A stretch of DNA of 64,000 nucleotides from assembly GCF_963921235.1 (NCBI RefSeq), contig NC_086109.1, positions 8,744,001 through 8,808,000 of the forward strand, in the 5' to 3' direction. Under the pieces are notes generated by a model, which saw only the letters and a program-made list of their open reading frames with translations, searched no databases and was not told the DNA's origin. Below are positions 60,004-64,000 of the stretch, in pieces. Every line of letters begins with the position of its first letter. Positions within the stretch are counted from its first letter, which is position 1. Both the position numbers and the translations under genes were made by a program. This DNA is from Mobula hypostoma (lineage: Eukaryota).

Positions 60004-63000
60004 TGTTGTGTCTGCGCACAACTACATATCAATTAAGTAAAAGCACGCACACAGGAGATGGCGTTAATGGGTGTATCCACACTGCAACGAGAGAGAGAAC
60101 AATGCACGTGTAGACAACAGTGCATGCACAGACAACAGATCACTAGATAGTGCTAAGGGGGGAGTTATTCCTCCAAAAGAAATAGATCCATACATTACAC
60201 TTCCTCCCCCTTTAGATTAATGCAACATAAAACTTTGTATGTACAAAACATTCAATTTCCCCTTCATAAACCCTTATTCCAAATAAACATGTTTTCACAA
60301 TAACAGTCCATAACTAACTTCACAGTTCTAAAGGTTCAGTCTTTTAGACGGCGCTCTGTTTCTTTCAGGATAGTGCCTCTGGACATATGGAGTGACATCA
60401 GGTTCGGTAGGTGTCTTGTCTAAGACAATGTTCTCGGTTTCTGGTGTCACATTGCCATCAGTGACATGATCATCACTGAGAGGTAAGCCTGATAACTGTT
60501 ATGTGTCTGTCTCATTGGATGCAATCAGCTCGGGTGTGTTCTTCAGTTGATCATCCAGTATCTGGTCCACATGACGTCTCCGTGTCTGATCCCCAACACC
60601 CACTGTATATATCAGTGGTCCAGTTCTTGTAGCTATCCTACTGGGTGTCCGCTTGCCTTCTCAGTAATCACGCATTAGAATTTCCTGTCCAATCTCGAAG
60701 CTCCTTGCTGCTTCACTTGGCAACTGACTGAACTGGTTATTCTGCACGTCCCTCCGTAGGTCTGGTTTCAGGAGGTCTATGTGAGATCTCCGATTTCTGT
60801 TCGTGAACAGCATTGCAGATGTTTCATTTGTTGTCACATGAAGAGAGTTCCACTACACAGAGAGGAAGCTGTCCACCTTGTGCTGTAGAGAAATATCTTC
60901 CTTGTCCATCACTTCAATGGGCTTCTTGAAGGTTTGGATAAGCCTTTCAGCCAACACATTCGTTACTGGGTGGCGAGGAGCTGACTTGAAATGTCTGTCG
61001 CCATTTTTCTTTGTGAACAGTCGGAAATCTTCTCGTATGCATTGTGGTCCGTTGTCACTCACAATTTGTGCTAGTGAGCCACTTCTGGTGAAAATAGTTC
61101 TCAGGGCAGAGACAGTCTTTGCTGAGGTGGTTGACTTCATTGCTATAACCCCCTGCCATTCGAATGAGCATTCACAGCAATCAGAAACATGGAGTCCACA
61201 AATGGCCCAACAAAGTCAATATGTACTCTTTGCCACGGTGACGATGACCATTCCAACGAATGTAATGCTGCCTGTGGGGTGCATTTTGAACTTTTTGGCA
61301 TTCCAAACAGCTTTTGGCCAAGTCTTCAATCTGTTCATCTGTTCCCAGCCACCACACAGAGCTCCGGGTGAAACTCTTCATCTTGACTTACCCAGGTGTC
61401 CTTCATGCAGATTCTCTAACACTCTGGTGCACAGTTTAGAGGGAACCACACCATGAGATCCACACGTCAGCGTTCTTCGATATACCAACGTTGGTCTTGT
61501 CTCACTGAGAACTTTGGAAAGATAGGGTTACCATGAGCTGGCCATCTTTGCATGGTGATTCCATAGACTTTTGACAATGTCGGGTCATTCCTCATTTCCC
61601 TTTATATTCCGGAATTTGTTACCAGCAGCTGGTCCACAAACACTATTGTTGGATCACAGTATGAAGACTTTTCTTCTTCAGTTGCCAATAGTGGAAGGCA
61701 TGACAAGGCATCAGCGTTGCTGTGTTGTCTGGTACCCTTGAACTCTATGTCATAAAAATTACCTCCTGGGAATAGTGACTAATGTTGTAACCAGATAACA
61801 GTCATCACTGGAAATCCCTTTCTGGGACTGAAAACGGACACATGGGGCTGGTGATCTGTCACTCCCATAAACCTTTGTCCATAGGGGTAGTGGTGGAACT
61901 TCTTTATCCTCCATACTAGACTAAGGGCCTCTCGGTTGATCTGTGTGTAGATGTGTTCTGCGCTCATCGGTGATCTTGAAGCAAATGCAATTGGACGTTC
62001 AGATCCACCTTTCACAATGTGTGACAAAATGACTCCAATGCCATAAGAGGACGCACCACACGTAAGTCTGATGGGCAGGGGTGGGTCATAATGGGTCAGC
62101 AGTTCATCGAATGTTATTTGTCTCTTTGTTTCCTTCAATGCTTTTTCACATCTTTCTGACCATTCCTACTTTGCTCCTGTCTGTAACAGCGTGTTCAATG
62201 GGTGTAGCACTGTGGCAATGTTTGCGAGAGACCGGTGGTCGTAGTTTACAAGGCCCTGAGTTGTGACACATTTTCCGGTTTGGGAGCCTGTAGCACTGCT
62301 TCAGTCTTCTCTTGTGACTGATGGAAGCCCTGCTTGTCAATGACATGTCCACAATATGAGATTTCATCCTTGAAAAACTCACATTTCTCTCGCTTTGCAC
62401 GCAGACCTTACTCACTCAGACTGGTAAGCACTTTACCAAGGCTCTGGGGGTGCTCATCATCATTTTTGCCAGTCACGATGATGCCATCAAGGTAATATTG
62501 TGTTCCTGGGATACCTTGGAGCACTTGGAGTTCTTTGCCAAATTGCTGGAGCTGATGCGTTGGCAAAGACAAGGCAATTATACTGGAACAGACCCTTGTG
62601 GGTGTTGATTGTAAGAAACTTCCTGCTTCACTCCTCAATCTCCATTTGCAGATAGGTTTGTGACAAGTATGTGGAATGGGCTGCCGGCGACGGTGGCAGA
62701 GGTGGATACGATAGGGTCTAGAGATTCCTGGACAGGTATATGGAGCTCAGAAAAATAGAGGGCTATGGGTAACCCTAGGTAATTTCTCAGGTAAGGACAT
62801 GTTCAGCACAGCTTTGTGGGCCAAAGGACCTGTATTGTGCTGTAGGTTTTCTATGTTTCTACGTTTCTATGTTTCTAAGTCAATCTTTGAAATCCTTTCC
62901 CTAGCCTGCCAAAGGTGCAAAAATGTCTTCTATTTGTGGCAGGGGATACTGCATAGTACGGAGCACTGGGCTGATGCTCACCTTGAAATCCCCACATAAT

Positions 63001-63310
63001 ACAAACAGCTCCTGTCTTCCCCTTCTTGATCACCGGGACAATGGGCGTGGCCCAATCAGTACATTCAACCTTGGAGCGAATCCCAGACGCCGCCAAGCTC
63101 TGCAGTCAGCATCCACTTTAGGACGTAGTGCATAAGGCACTGGACACGCCTTATGGAATCTTGGTGTTGCTGTTTCATCCAGTTCAATTCTGGCCTTCAT
63201 GCCTTTGAGTTTACCAATCCCCTTCTCAAACACGTTCTCATTAGCATTAAGCCATTGTACCAGTCTCTGGTTAGTGCTACCACCTGGACTGCCGTTGCCT
63301 GTTGATGGTG
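60004..63310 (-). mobile_element. Decayed Gypsy LTR retrotransposon: pol (RT-RNaseH-integrase), PPT and 3' LTR; 5' part missing
   Basis: PRFHKACPVPYALR, WATPIVPVIK, YYLDGIIVTG, LTCGASSYGIG..ERPIAFASR, VWWLG..CLECQ, IVSDNGPQ..NVLAERLIQTFK. PPT aaagggggaggaag at 60200-60213. LTR at 60004-60199 with TG..CA ends. Confidence 0.93.
62668..62876 (+). mobile_element. CR1 3' end nested in the Gypsy RT
   Basis: (tttctatg)n tail, with aagt duplicated at both junctions. Confidence 0.8.
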
Positions 63311-63715
63311 GGGGGGTCACTCATCTGTAAAGACCCCGCCCAGAAGACACTGCCCAGAAGAAAGGAACGACAAACAACTTCTGTAGAACAATTTGCCAAC
63401 AGTCATGGTCATGGAAAGACCACGATCGCCCACGTCATACAACATGACAAATGATGATGGTGATGATTACTAAGGTGCAGAATTAGGGTGTAGAATTGTT
63501 ACTTTTCTTGCAGTTGAACTTACCTATGTTTGCTTTTATTTTCATACAATCACCTGTAATATATTGATAATGGCTGGGGTTACCTGTCTTGTCTAGACAC
63601 TGCCCAGAAGAAGGCAATGGTGAACCACTTCTGCAGAAACTTTTGCCAAGAACAATCGTGGTCATGAGACCATGAGAACATGATCGCCATGTCATATAAT
63701 GTGGCACATAACAAA
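63310..63715 (+). mobile_element. Two 5'-truncated family A RTE derivatives (about 63310-63468 and 63565-63715) separated by a duplicated flank
   Basis: Both carry gacactgcccagaagaa.g..a.g.c/tgaacc.cttctg and an atcgccc/atgtcat..a..tg.ca-type end. Confidence 0.72.
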
Positions 63716-64000
63716 CAAACGTATGTAGAGGTATTGGTCAGTATGGACAAATTGGGATGAAGGAAAGATTATGTGCCACACATTGCCATGACACTCAATA
63801 GTTGTAAAAATGTTTACACAGATGGAATAGAGCTGAAATTTATTTTGCAAAGTTTTGTATTGTAATTACATCTGGTGTTTAGATCGGAAAGGAGACGGAT
63901 AGTTATTTTTGAAGGGTAAACCTTTTGTCCATGCAGTACTCAGTTATCTCCTGATTATTCTTTCACCATGTACCTGTTCCATTCAGGTTCATCATGATCA

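Overview
This window is vertebrate genomic DNA, not prokaryotic. The repeat set (HE1-like V-SINEs, CR1 LINEs, Rex1/Babar, Penelope) points to a cartilaginous fish, probably a ray; the taxon is an inference. The sequence is almost entirely a nested mosaic of decayed transposons: CR1, Rex1/Babar, RTE and Tx1 LINE pieces, Penelope-like elements (PLE), one decayed Gypsy element, three solo LTRs, tRNA-derived SINEs and Tc1-type MITEs. I found no intact host gene, and most short ORFs in the track are TE remnants or noise. The most interesting structures are: (1) recurrent TSD-flanked head-to-head PLE foldbacks from a repeat family that carries a minimal type I hammerhead ribozyme; (2) a tRNA-SINE whose 3' tail matches the RTE LINE in the same window (45/50 nt); (3) a CR1 insertion with a 5' inversion of twin-priming geometry; (4) several internally deleted non-autonomous RTE families, one recalling marsupial RTE-derived SINEs; (5) a composite Tc1-type element bounded by two palindromic mini-MITEs; (6) about 95 bp of apparently non-repeat flank duplicated together with a retroelement tail. 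Boundaries of degenerate fragments are approximate (about 10-30 bp), and many small SINE/LINE scraps are not listed individually.
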